From: Gemmatimonas sp.
GTDB taxonomy: Bacteria; Gemmatimonadota; Gemmatimonadetes; Gemmatimonadales; Gemmatimonadaceae
Length of the DNA: 64,000 nt
Reading direction: 5' to 3'
NCBI GenBank assembly: GCA_040004335.1
Contig: JBDUBA010000490.1
Location: forward strand, 2,317 to 66,316
Shown here: in pieces, positions 29,907 to 39,186 of the stretch
Layout of the letters: every line of letters begins with the position of its first letter
Numbering within the stretch: the first letter of the stretch is position 1
Program-made: the position numbers and the translations under genes
The notes under the pieces: model-generated
Told to the model about the DNA's origin: nothing
What the model saw: only the letters and a program-made list of their open reading frames with translations
The model's database searches: none

Positions 29907-31097
29907 TCAGGAATCCCGATGACGACGCTGCGAGAAACCTATCAGCGCGAACACGCCAACACCTACGAGTGCAAACGAGCCAGGCTCCGGGGCCGTCGTG
30001 GTAACCGACGTAATCCAATCCGCGTTGTACGCGGTTGATGTCCATCCAGAGAATTCGCCGAACGTGCTGTTCAATGCGTCGTCGATGTCACCAAGGCCAC
30101 GAAACGTCAGCCCGTATCCGGCTACGCCCGCAATCTGATTGTTGATGAACAGCGGACCGCCGGAATCACCACTGCCCAGATTGATTTCAGCAGCACCCCA
30201 ACCCAACTCGCAGATTGGATTCACGAAGCTGAAGAAATTCAGGCTTGTCAGATTGCATGAAGCGTTGTTGACGGGCAGTCCACTGTCAAAATCGGCAACG
30301 AGACTAAAGGGATCGGCCGATCCGAAATTATCGATGAAAATGCCGTTGAAGCGCGGATCGGTCCAGGTAAAGTCGACCGTGTTGAGACCGGTGCGGCGAT
30401 CGGCCAACTTCAATCCCCCGTCCTCAGTCTCGCCAGTTGCGCCGGTGCCAGTGCCACCCGAGCCCACGGCGCGCGCCTGTTGCCCGAACGGATCGCCGAG
30501 GTACAACGAATACGCCGCGTTAAGCACGCCGAGCGACGGGGCCGACGACAGCCTGACAACCGCCACATCGTGCGCATCAACAATTTCGCCGGTATAGGCC
30601 GGGTTCACCGCGACCGAGCTCACCGCGATGATGTCACGAACATCGGGTGGTTGTCCCGGAGGAAAGAACAGGGCGGTTACATCAAGCGTGATATTCACGC
30701 CCATGTTGTCGGTCAGACAATGTGCGGCCGTGAGCACGTTCAACCCTCCGGCTAATAACGCGCCGCTGCAAATGAAGTAGCCGTCGGTGCGGTGGATCAA
30801 CAACGACGCGACACCGTCGTAAGGCCCGGCTTTGGGAGTTGAATACAACACATTGTTGAAATCGGTGCCGGCAACGACCAACGTTTTTTGCGCCACCCAC
30901 TCCCCGAACGTTGTTACTCCCGACGTTCCGATTGCGGCGCTGGTATTTGCGCTGTACTCCGGTTGAAGCGGCGCGGACTGCGCACCGGCAACCCCACTCG
31001 TTAGCAGAAGTACACTCAGAACCGCGGGGGACAGCGCCTGAAAAGCGCGCTTCACGGCCGCGGCGGAATTTGTACAAAGGGACGGGCTGTGATACAT
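29907..31097 (-). CDS. trypsin-like serine protease with PEP-CTERM sorting signal
   Basis: CSGALL, LTAAHC (His), HDVAVV (Asp), GDSGGP (Ser); C-terminal APEPGSFALVGVGVFALIGFSQRRHR. Confidence 0.9.
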   Translation of the reverse strand: MYHSPSLCTNSAAAVKRAFQALSPAVLSVLLLTSGVAGAQSAPLQPEYSANTSAAIGTSGVTTFGEWVAQKTLVVAGTDFNNVLYSTPKAGPYDGVASLLIHRTDGYFICSGALLAGGLNVLTAAHCLTDNMGVNITLDVTALFFPPGQPPDVRDIIAVSSVAVNPAYTGEIVDAHDVAVVRLSSAPSLGVLNAAYSLYLGDPFGQQARAVGSGGTGTGATGETEDGGLKLADRRTGLNTVDFTWTDPRFNGIFIDNFGSADPFSLVADFDSGLPVNNASCNLTSLNFFSFVNPICELGWGAAEINLGSGDSGGPLFINNQIAGVAGYGLTFRGLGDIDDALNSTFGEFSGWTSTAYNADWITSVTTTAPEPGSFALVGVGVFALIGFSQRRHRDS

Positions 31098-31155
31098 GGA
31101 CTACTCTCGCGGAAACGGAAAATCGCTCTGAAACGCACGCAAACGGTATACGAGC

Positions 31156-31773
31156 CTAAAGCGATCCCAAGAGGTCGTCAATGGCCCTCCGATCGGCGTC
31201 TTCGAGCGGAGCGCCGTTAATAATTCGCTGCAGGATGTCGACCGCCTCGGCCGCGAGATCGGACGGGTGTTTCCTGTCGCGCTCAAATCGCACGATGTGT
31301 CCGAGGAGGATCGTTTCAAAAGGAGCCGGCTCCGCTTCGTCGTCGTCCACGTCACTGTCATCGTCCGACTCCATTGCAGCGTCGCGCGCCGCCTCATAAC
31401 TGGGCACACTTTCTTTCCACGGCTCGGCTGAATGTGCCTCCGCTTCAAGCGCGCCACGCGGAACGAGAGCAAATAATCGGCACTGTAAACCGGGCGATTC
31501 CTCGTACGCAAACAGCCCCAATGAAACAGGCGTTTCAAAAAGCCTGAGGTCGAGGAGCCGCTGGATGGCCTCAGCCGGCATCGCGCTGCGCGCCACCAGG
31601 CGGTGGTCGATGTACGACGCAAGCGCGCTCGACTCGGGCGCACGCGGATCTTCCAGCTTGCTCACCACGAGGGGCACCGCTTCACGCGTGGTGACAAACA
31701 CCGCGGGGCGTGCGTCGTCGCCCTGTTGTTCGGACGAGTCTTCGTCCTCGGGATCGTACTCGTTCGGAAACAT
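31156..31773 (-). CDS. acidic hypothetical protein
   Basis: 205-aa ORF co-oriented downstream of the ABC exporter genes; protein-like composition. Confidence 0.65.
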   Translation of the reverse strand: MFPNEYDPEDEDSSEQQGDDARPAVFVTTREAVPLVVSKLEDPRAPESSALASYIDHRLVARSAMPAEAIQRLLDLRLFETPVSLGLFAYEESPGLQCRLFALVPRGALEAEAHSAEPWKESVPSYEAARDAAMESDDDSDVDDDEAEPAPFETILLGHIVRFERDRKHPSDLAAEAVDILQRIINGAPLEDADRRAIDDLLGSL

Positions 31774-31842
31774 GAATGGAGAATATCAGCGAGGTCCGGA
31801 TTGCGAGAGCGGCAAAGACGATCCGAGAGGTCGATGGTACGA

Positions 31843-33582
31843 TTACGAGAGACCGACGTCGGACACTTCGGTTTTATCAAATACACTCCCCAGCCAAAAA
31901 ATGACGGGCCACAACTCGGCGAACAACAAACTGGCGCCCAGGAGCGAGGCCACGAGTATGCCGGCGGGTCCCAGGGCCGTAGAGCCGAGCCACAGAATGA
32001 GAATACCGAGTCCAACCGGAAAGACCAGCGCGACTGCGGCGGTCAGTGAAGTGGCGAGCATTGTCAGCAGTCCTTGCCCCATCGTTTCGAAACCGCGTTG
32101 TTCGGTGCCCAGGCGAACCCAGGACGGAAACAGCAGCGCCGCGCCATTGTGCACCGTGAACATGAGCGCATTGATGGCGGGGATGGCGAGCGCGATCGCG
32201 CCGAGGACGAAGGGCAGTTGCAACTTGTCATCAAACATCGAGGGATGCACCAGCAAAAGCGTGACCGGCACCACCATCAAGATCCAAATGCTGATTGAAT
32301 GCAGAATCGTTACGCCGGCAATTTCCGCGGCCACAATTTTTGCACCGGACAGCGGATATGCCTTGAGAAGCGCGAGCCGTTGCAAATCCTGTCGGAGATC
32401 GAAGCGCATACCCGCCGGGCCAATCAGAACGAGCATGGCGCCCCAACCGCCGCTCATCGCGAGAAACAACTCAGACATCTTTTCCGACTGCATTGAAGTA
32501 AAGATGGCGAACCCTGTGAGCAGTACTGCAAACATGATGGTTTGTGCGCGCCACGCGGTGCCTCGCATGGCCGCCGCGACATTCTTCCACGTAATTGCGA
32601 TTTCCGGACGGCCCATCGCTGCGAGTTTTGGAATACGCGAAATTTTTCCTTTCTCACTGCGCTTTCGAATGCCGCCAGCGGTACGAACGTTCTTGACCAG
32701 TTCCGCGCGCACTTGTGTGGCTTCCAATGCCGCTTCCTCGAACGAAGCGTCAAGACGCAGCACCCACAAATAATGCAGTGCGAATACCAATGCGCTGAAC
32801 GGCAACATTTGCAACCACACTGCGGCGCTTGGTGCGAAGACTGGTCGCAACAGGGCACGCACTGGCCACAAAGCCGATGACGGAATGGGTTGAGAAAGTG
32901 AATCGACAACGGCTTGCAGCGCGGCCTTCGCGCCAACCCCACTGGCTGCGGCGATCACGGACCACTGACTGATCACTCCCCAGGCAACGCCACCCAACAT
33001 CAACGCGAAAATTGCGGCCGGTACGATGCTGCGGCGCCGGCCGGCGCGTTCGTGTTCGAGTGCATTGGTGCGAACAATTGCCGCACCCAATCGATGTAAC
33101 GACAACGTTGAAAAGAGAAACCAAAAGGCGAGTCCGCGTTGCCAACCGTGTGCACTGGCGGCGTTCCCTCGCAACAACACCGTCCAAATTACGATGTTAA
33201 TGAGAATGGCCACCTGACTGCGCATCAACTTCGCATGCACCAGACCCCGTCGCGAAATTGGAGCGGGAAACAGGAACTGTACTTCGGCCGGCGAAAAGGC
33301 GAGCGCACTCTTGTCGCTCTTGAACAACCACCACCGCGCGACCAAAAACAGCAACAGCGCCGACGCCAGCGGCAGTGCAAACGTACTGCTCATCAGGTTC
33401 GCGAACGGATTGGCGTCGCTATTCGCGCGCGGGTTGTAGATCAGGATCCAATAGAAGTACAACAACCCAACGAGCATCGCGATGGCGTACCGCGGGTTGC
33501 GCACGCGCTTGAGTTGCGTGCGGAGACGATTGGATGTGCTCCGAACCCAGAGGTACCGCAGCGCCGACGCTGGTCCGCTCAC
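31843..33582 (-). CDS. putative ABC exporter permease
   Basis: Many TM helices; FSPAEVQFLFPAPISRR, FEEAALE, RFDLRQDL..LKAYPL; coupled to an ABC ATPase. Confidence 0.8.
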   Translation of the reverse strand: MSGPASALRYLWVRSTSNRLRTQLKRVRNPRYAIAMLVGLLYFYWILIYNPRANSDANPFANLMSSTFALPLASALLLFLVARWWLFKSDKSALAFSPAEVQFLFPAPISRRGLVHAKLMRSQVAILINIVIWTVLLRGNAASAHGWQRGLAFWFLFSTLSLHRLGAAIVRTNALEHERAGRRRSIVPAAIFALMLGGVAWGVISQWSVIAAASGVGAKAALQAVVDSLSQPIPSSALWPVRALLRPVFAPSAAVWLQMLPFSALVFALHYLWVLRLDASFEEAALEATQVRAELVKNVRTAGGIRKRSEKGKISRIPKLAAMGRPEIAITWKNVAAAMRGTAWRAQTIMFAVLLTGFAIFTSMQSEKMSELFLAMSGGWGAMLVLIGPAGMRFDLRQDLQRLALLKAYPLSGAKIVAAEIAGVTILHSISIWILMVVPVTLLLVHPSMFDDKLQLPFVLGAIALAIPAINALMFTVHNGAALLFPSWVRLGTEQRGFETMGQGLLTMLATSLTAAVALVFPVGLGILILWLGSTALGPAGILVASLLGASLLFAELWPVIFWLGSVFDKTEVSDVGLS

Positions 33583-34316
33583 TGTGCCGCCGGTGCGTCA
33601 TCACCCGTCAACGCCAGGAACACTTCTTCCAGCGGTTGGCCAGCGAGTTCGGGGTGTGTTGCAAAAATGTCGTCGAGTGTGCCAAACGCGACCGCGCGGC
33701 CCTTTCGAATTACCAGCAGTCGCGTGCACAGCTCTTCGACGAGATGCAGCAAGTGCGAACTCAACACGATGGCCGTGCCAGCGCGCGCTCGCGCGGTGAT
33801 GGTTTCTTTCATGCGACGAATACCGACGGGGTCGAGTCCGGTCAGTGGTTCATCCAGCAATAACACGTTGGGCTGATGCAAGAGTCCGCAAGCAATGGCG
33901 AGCTTCTGTTTCATCCCGCGCGACAACTCCGTTGGCAGCGAATCTTTCTTGGCGGTGAGTTCGAGTTCCTCCAACAGTGGTGCAATTCGCTGCGCAGCAT
34001 CTTTCACGCTGTACAAGCGTGTGATGAATTGCAGATGTTCGCTGACCGTCAGATAGTCAAACAGCTGCGGCTCGTCGGGAATGAAGGCAAGTCGCGACTT
34101 CGCTTCGACCGATTGGGTTGCGAGGTCGAGTCCGCAAATGCGAATCGTGCCCGAAGTTGGCTGAAGAATTCCTGCAAGCGCCCGTAGCGTTGTGGTTTTG
34201 CCGGCGCCATTGGGTCCGACAAGGCCAAGCACATCACCGGGGTTGACCACAAACGACAGGTCCTGAACGGCGGCAAAATCGCCGTACAACTTGTTGTAGC
34301 GTTCGACTTCAATCAC
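33579..34316 (-). CDS. ABC transporter ATP-binding protein
   Basis: GTG start (MIEVERYNK); GPNGAGKTT, LSRGMKQK, LLLDEP, SSH. Confidence 0.93.
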   Translation of the reverse strand: MIEVERYNKLYGDFAAVQDLSFVVNPGDVLGLVGPNGAGKTTTLRALAGILQPTSGTIRICGLDLATQSVEAKSRLAFIPDEPQLFDYLTVSEHLQFITRLYSVKDAAQRIAPLLEELELTAKKDSLPTELSRGMKQKLAIACGLLHQPNVLLLDEPLTGLDPVGIRRMKETITARARAGTAIVLSSHLLHLVEELCTRLLVIRKGRAVAFGTLDDIFATHPELAGQPLEEVFLALTGDDAPAAQ

Positions 34317-34484
34317 TGACGCGGGGCTCTGAAGGCAAGGGAGACGGTGGGCATGATGCCCAAGAATAGCATCAATATCACCGCGCGTCGCCTCCGGGCC
34401 AGTGGCGCTTGCGGTCGGGGCTGGCCGGGGACGACCGGTCGCTTCATGTTTGAAGGACCCGTCGGCGACTTGGCTGGTCGGGCG

Positions 34485-34511
34485 CAAGTACCGAACCCCT
34501 GCGGCCGATAC
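34485..34511 (+). promoter_or_regulatory. sigma-28 (FliA)-like promoter
   Basis: CAAG-N15-GCCGATAC ending 9 nt before the ATG of the EAL-HDOD gene. Confidence 0.6.
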
Positions 34512-34520
34512 TCCGAAGCA

Positions 34521-35795
34521 ATGTCCACGCTTGAGACGCATCTGGCGTCCCCTCCTCCTCCTCCAACGGCCCGCGACGTTTACGTGGCCCGTCAACCGAT
34601 CTTTGATGTTCGGAACGAGGTGGTTGCGTATGAGTTGCTGTACCGGGATAGCGCGCAGTCCACGGCGGCTGGCATGCAAGCGCCGAGCGTTATGTGCAAC
34701 GAGATGGCGCTGCACGCCATGCTCACGATTGGCCTCGATCGACTGACCGGCGGTTCCACCGCGTGGATCAACATCACGCGCGATCATCTGTTGAACGGAC
34801 TGCATCGGCTGTTCTCACCTCAGCACATCGTGCTCGAGCTGCTGGAATCGATTAGCGGTGACGACGAAGTGGTGGCGGCGTGCGAACGCGCGCGGGCGGA
34901 TGGATACGTGCTCGCGCTGGACGATTACGATGGTCGCGCCGATTTGTTGCCGCTGTTGCCGCAGGCCTCCGTGATCAAACTGCAAATCTTCGATCGCACC
35001 GAAGAGGAGCTGGCACCACTGGTGCGTTCCCTGCGTGTGGAAGGGCTCACCGTGTTGGCCGAGTGTGTGGAAACGGTCGAGTCGCGCAATATGTGTGAGC
35101 GTGTTGGATGCACGCTGTTTCAGGGATACGTCTTCAGTCGCCCCGAAACGTTTGCCGGACGCGCCATGTCGGTCGAACAAGTCACGATCCTCAACATCCT
35201 GGCCATGTTGGGGAACGACGGCATTTCGGAAGCGAAACTCGAAGAGGCGTTTCAGTCAAACCCAACCCTCTCGTACGCACTGCTCCGCATCGTCAACTCG
35301 GCAGCCATTGGTCTGCGGTCGGTGACGTCCATCCCGCACGCGATGCGTATCATCGGTCGGAGCGCGTTGTCGCGCTGGTTGCACGTGATGCTGATGGCCA
35401 CGGTTGCTTCGCGCAGTCCGATTGCGCATGAAGCCGTGCAGCAGGCACTCGTGCGCGCGCGCTTCTGTGAATTGATGACTGACGTGAGTGGAACTGGCGA
35501 TCCCGCCGCACAATTCATGGTGGGATTGCTGTCGCGCCTCGACGTGTTGTTGGGGATGCCACTGGTCGAAGTAATGGAACGTTTGCCCGTGCGCCCCGAA
35601 GTACGAATGGCGCTGCTGGAAGGGACGGGAACGCACGCGCGCGCACTGAGAACCGCGATTGCCTACGAGAATGCGGATTGGGAAACCGTGCGTGCACACG
35701 CGCCGCTTTCGACATTCAAAATGCGCGCGCTGATGGAAGCGTACGCCGAAGCGACGGAATGGGCGACGGAACGGTTGGCGAGCGCGAAGAAATAG
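34521..35795 (+). CDS. EAL and HDOD domain protein (YuxH/PdeH-like)
   Basis: YVARQPIFD, AYELLYR, VLELLE, ALDDY, LAECVE, FQGYVFSRP, then LLRIVNSA...RARFCE (HDOD). Confidence 0.9.
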   Translation: MSTLETHLASPPPPPTARDVYVARQPIFDVRNEVVAYELLYRDSAQSTAAGMQAPSVMCNEMALHAMLTIGLDRLTGGSTAWINITRDHLLNGLHRLFSPQHIVLELLESISGDDEVVAACERARADGYVLALDDYDGRADLLPLLPQASVIKLQIFDRTEEELAPLVRSLRVEGLTVLAECVETVESRNMCERVGCTLFQGYVFSRPETFAGRAMSVEQVTILNILAMLGNDGISEAKLEEAFQSNPTLSYALLRIVNSAAIGLRSVTSIPHAMRIIGRSALSRWLHVMLMATVASRSPIAHEAVQQALVRARFCELMTDVSGTGDPAAQFMVGLLSRLDVLLGMPLVEVMERLPVRPEVRMALLEGTGTHARALRTAIAYENADWETVRAHAPLSTFKMRALMEAYAEATEWATERLASAKK

Positions 35796-35796
35796 T

Positions 35797-36057
35797 TTAT
35801 TTGTCGCGCAAGAGCGCGAGTTCGGCTTCGCGTTGTTGTATTTGGCGCGCTTCGGCGCGACGCGCCCAGCGGCCAACGAGAGCACCGCTGGCCATCAGGG
35901 TGCCCGACGAAATGAACGTCAATTTGTACAATCCGACAGCCACCAGGAAACTTGACCCGTGTGTCGGAAATAGCCCAAGAAACACAGCCGCTGTAGCCGT
36001 CAGACCCACGACAGCCCCGGTCGCCATCAGTAACGAACCCATCGTCTTGCCGCTCAT
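35797..36057 (-). CDS. small membrane protein (two TM helices)
   Basis: MSGKTMGSLLMATGAVVG..., two hydrophobic segments, CAGG RBS-like sequence upstream. Confidence 0.55.
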   Translation of the reverse strand: MSGKTMGSLLMATGAVVGLTATAAVFLGLFPTHGSSFLVAVGLYKLTFISSGTLMASGALVGRWARRAEARQIQQREAELALLRDK

Positions 36058-36085
36058 AGCGTCGACCTGAAAAAATTGGCAGGAA

Positions 36086-37705
36086 CTACTTGTTGTTTTT
36101 GGGAATCGCCGCGGGCGCGGCAACGGCAGTGGGTGCTGGTGGGAACACGTTGATGTCAATGGCGTTGGCGGACGCCTTGGCCGACTGGACATTGAAGGTT
36201 GCGTGGATGCTGGCAGACGCAAGCAGTGCCGCCACCGAAGCACTACGCAGTTTCGCGATGTTGGTTGCGGTCGTGTCGCTGGATTTGACTGTGGTCTCCA
36301 GGATGACGTTGGTCATGCCCCAGCGTTGCAATGTCCACAGCGCGACACTTAGCGCCTTCTGCGTAATACTGTCGCCGATTGCCGATGCGATCGGAAACGG
36401 AATTGACAAAGTTCGGTTTACCGGTGGCACAATGTGAACCTTCCAGTCTCCACTGTTCACGTTGGCGATTGTTTCGTTCGACCGATAATCGGCCAACGAC
36501 CAATTGGGCGCGTCGGCCGGCGTGACATGCACAATACGCGCGCCGCGGTCAACCCAGACGGACTGTACGGGCAGGATCACCTTGCCCAGGATCTGCGCAA
36601 AGGGCGGAACATCTTTGGCAATACCAGCCGCATTCCGCTCCATTGCAGCGTCAATCATGGCGCGAGTTTGTTCGCCGTTATCGGCCGCCACGATTTGCTG
36701 GAGATTGACGTTGGGTCGTACCGAGAAGACCCGTTGCAAGCTGCTATCGACAATTTGTTGCGCGTTGGCGAGAAAGGTTGGTTCGATCACGACTGCGTCT
36801 ACGGATAGTTCGCCAAGTAGCGGCCACCTGACTTCGAGTTGCGCGATCTTTCCGGCAGAGACGTGTAATTCGCTGGTGAGCACACTGCGCGTGGTGGAAC
36901 GTGCGCGCGTTTCGCGCGAGACTCGCACCAGCGTCATTCCCAGGGGCGTGGCTAACGCAATGAATGCCGCAACACCGGTCGCGATGTAACCTGGTGTCAA
37001 TTCAACGTGCGACAGCGGGCGCGCGACACCGCTCACGCGCGCGACAAACGCAAATGAAAACGCAATTGCCGCGAGATTGGTGAGAAACAGCAGGAACGCC
37101 CCGCCGGCAAATTCCCAGTTCGCGACACCGATTCCATACCCAACGGTGGCAAGCGGCGGCATCAACGCTGTCGCAATGGCGACACCAATTGCCGTCCCAC
37201 CTTTCTGCCGAACGGTTGCATATCCACCGGCGAGTCCCGACAACAAGGCAATTGCGAGATCGAGCAGCGTCGGTTGCGTTCGACCGATGATTTCAGGGGT
37301 GGCGTTCCGAATCGGACTGATCCAGGTGATCATCATGCCGGTAATCACACCGATGGCGGCACCGATAATCACGACTCGTACGGCGTCCTTGATGCGATGT
37401 CCATCGAGCGACGCAAATCCAAATCCAAGAGCAGCGATGGGGCTCATGAGCGGCGACACGAGCATCGCGCCAATGACAACGGCCACCGAAGATTGCAAGA
37501 GGCCAAGTGTTGCGATGCCGGCCGAGAGTGCGCACATGAGCACGTAGCCGCTGGTGAGCCCTCCGTCTTGCTGCACCGAGTGGCGGAGCGCGGCGGCCTC
37601 CTCTTCTGAAAAATCAGGGATCGAAGCGGCATGCACCAGGCGCACGCGCCAGTGATGCAGTCGGGCAAACAGCGAGTTCAGTTTGTGTTCGTCAGTGTCA
37701 GGCAT
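36086..37705 (-). CDS. DUF389 domain membrane protein
   Basis: SAGIATLGLL..SVAVVIGAMLVSPLMSPI, EIIGRTQPTLLDL, GVAIATALMPPL, LFLTN. Confidence 0.88.
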   Translation of the reverse strand: MPDTDEHKLNSLFARLHHWRVRLVHAASIPDFSEEEAAALRHSVQQDGGLTSGYVLMCALSAGIATLGLLQSSVAVVIGAMLVSPLMSPIAALGFGFASLDGHRIKDAVRVVIIGAAIGVITGMMITWISPIRNATPEIIGRTQPTLLDLAIALLSGLAGGYATVRQKGGTAIGVAIATALMPPLATVGYGIGVANWEFAGGAFLLFLTNLAAIAFSFAFVARVSGVARPLSHVELTPGYIATGVAAFIALATPLGMTLVRVSRETRARSTTRSVLTSELHVSAGKIAQLEVRWPLLGELSVDAVVIEPTFLANAQQIVDSSLQRVFSVRPNVNLQQIVAADNGEQTRAMIDAAMERNAAGIAKDVPPFAQILGKVILPVQSVWVDRGARIVHVTPADAPNWSLADYRSNETIANVNSGDWKVHIVPPVNRTLSIPFPIASAIGDSITQKALSVALWTLQRWGMTNVILETTVKSSDTTATNIAKLRSASVAALLASASIHATFNVQSAKASANAIDINVFPPAPTAVAAPAAIPKNNK

Positions 37706-38987
37706 GTGCATCCGCTGCCGACGTCGATGAGCTGCCAAGACGCTTGATGAGCAGTCCGACCGTTCCGCCTTGAACAATCACGGCGAACATCACCACGACA
37801 TATGTAGCGGCCAGAATCGTTGTGCGAACGGGACTTTCCGGGAGTGAAAGCGCGAGCGCTACAGAAATGCCCCCGCGCAAGCCACCCCACACCAGCGTTG
37901 GCGTGCCCAGGCGTCCGAGCGAAATTACCGAACGCATCGCGGTCAGCGGAAGAACGACCGAGATATATCGGGCGAGCACCACGAGCGCCACACACAGTGA
38001 ACCGAGCACGACCACGCGCACGCCAGGCGCAATCGCAATCACTTCCAATCCAATGAGCAGAAACAATACCGCGTTCAGAATTTCATCGATCAGTGCCCAG
38101 AACTTGATAAGGTAATCGCGCGTGACGTCACTCATCGCGTGCGCGACGCCGTGATTGCCAATGATCAATCCGGCGACGGCCATTGCAACGGGGCCGCTCA
38201 CGTGAATCCAGTGCGCGAGACTGTAACCCCCCATCACGACCGCCAGGCTGATCATAACTTCGACGCTGTATTCGTCGATGCTTTCCATGGCGCGGAATGC
38301 GATCCAGCCGACTACGGCGCCGAGCACAACACCACCACCAGCTTCCATAAGGAACACAGTTGCGGCGGTCGAGACCGAAAACGACTCGACACCAAGCGCC
38401 GACGCTACGACGATCGTGAACACCACAACACCCACACCGTCGTTGAACAGACTTTCGCCGGCGACCACCGCGCGCAACGTTGGCGGAACGGCGGCCCGCT
38501 GCAGCACGGCCATCACGGCAACGGGATCGGTGGGGCTGATCAGGGCGCCAAACACCATGCACCAAACGAGAGGAACATTGAGTCCGAGCCACTGACTCAA
38601 CAACCAGAATCCGCCGCCCACCAGTGCGGTGGAGATCAGCACGCCCACCGTGCTGAGCACGAAAATGGCGAGGCGTGCTCGTCGGAGTTCGGCCCAGTCG
38701 ACGTGCAAGGCTCCGGCGAACAGCAAGAACGACAACATTCCGTCCATCAACGTCGTGTGAAAATCAATCGATGACAGGAAGGCGACGACTACATCCGAGA
38801 GGTGACGGGTCGGCATGAGGTGATCGACCGCAATAACGATCATTGACGCGATGGCACCCATCACCGTCAGCCCGACTGAGGCAGGCAATCTGAAAAAACG
38901 GTGGTTGACATATCCAAGCGCCGCGGCGAGCACAATCAGAATTGCCGCGGCGTCGAATGGACTGAGGGCCTGAATGGTGTGGTTCAC
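37698..38987 (-). CDS. CPA1 family Na+/H+ antiporter (NhaP-like)
   Basis: LSFLLFAGALH, FGALISPTDPVAV, GESLFNDG, WGGLRGGISVALALSLP. Confidence 0.92.
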   Translation of the reverse strand: MNHTIQALSPFDAAAILIVLAAALGYVNHRFFRLPASVGLTVMGAIASMIVIAVDHLMPTRHLSDVVVAFLSSIDFHTTLMDGMLSFLLFAGALHVDWAELRRARLAIFVLSTVGVLISTALVGGGFWLLSQWLGLNVPLVWCMVFGALISPTDPVAVMAVLQRAAVPPTLRAVVAGESLFNDGVGVVVFTIVVASALGVESFSVSTAATVFLMEAGGGVVLGAVVGWIAFRAMESIDEYSVEVMISLAVVMGGYSLAHWIHVSGPVAMAVAGLIIGNHGVAHAMSDVTRDYLIKFWALIDEILNAVLFLLIGLEVIAIAPGVRVVVLGSLCVALVVLARYISVVLPLTAMRSVISLGRLGTPTLVWGGLRGGISVALALSLPESPVRTTILAATYVVVMFAVIVQGGTVGLLIKRLGSSSTSAADAHA

Positions 38988-39186
38988 CGCGAGCGGCTAT
39001 TGATAAGAGTGCAGTGTTGCATCGAACGTCCGGTGATTGGTCAGTTGGAGCGGGGCCGCACCGGGTGCGAGATCCGGTGCGTTGACGCGCGTGTTGTCAA
39101 GCTAGTATTTGGCCGTGGAAATTGCCGAATTGAAGGACACGATGAGGATGCTGCGGTGTAAAATCAATGCCTTTAGTCCCCTCCAC

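Noticed and set aside
31138-31153. sigma-54 site before the PEP-CTERM protease (minus strand TCGTATACCGTTTGCG)
   Set aside because: Lacks the invariant GG at -24.
31565-32773. 402-aa plus-strand ORF
   Set aside because: Antisense shadow of the ABC permease; no motifs and non-protein-like composition.
33579-34805. Long N-terminal extension on the ABC ATPase in the ORF track
   Set aside because: Overlaps the divergent EAL-HDOD gene; the ABC domain begins at GTG 34316.
39030-39100. Possible cation riboswitch or operator between nhaP and otsA (CGCACCGG/CCGGTGCG hairpin; TTGAC-N9-GTCAA)
   Set aside because: Short stems are expected by chance at this GC content and I cannot match a known motif. 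cmscan would settle it.
39110-39126. sigma-54 site before otsA (TGGCCGTGGAAATTGCC)
   Set aside because: GG-to-GC spacing is one base too long.
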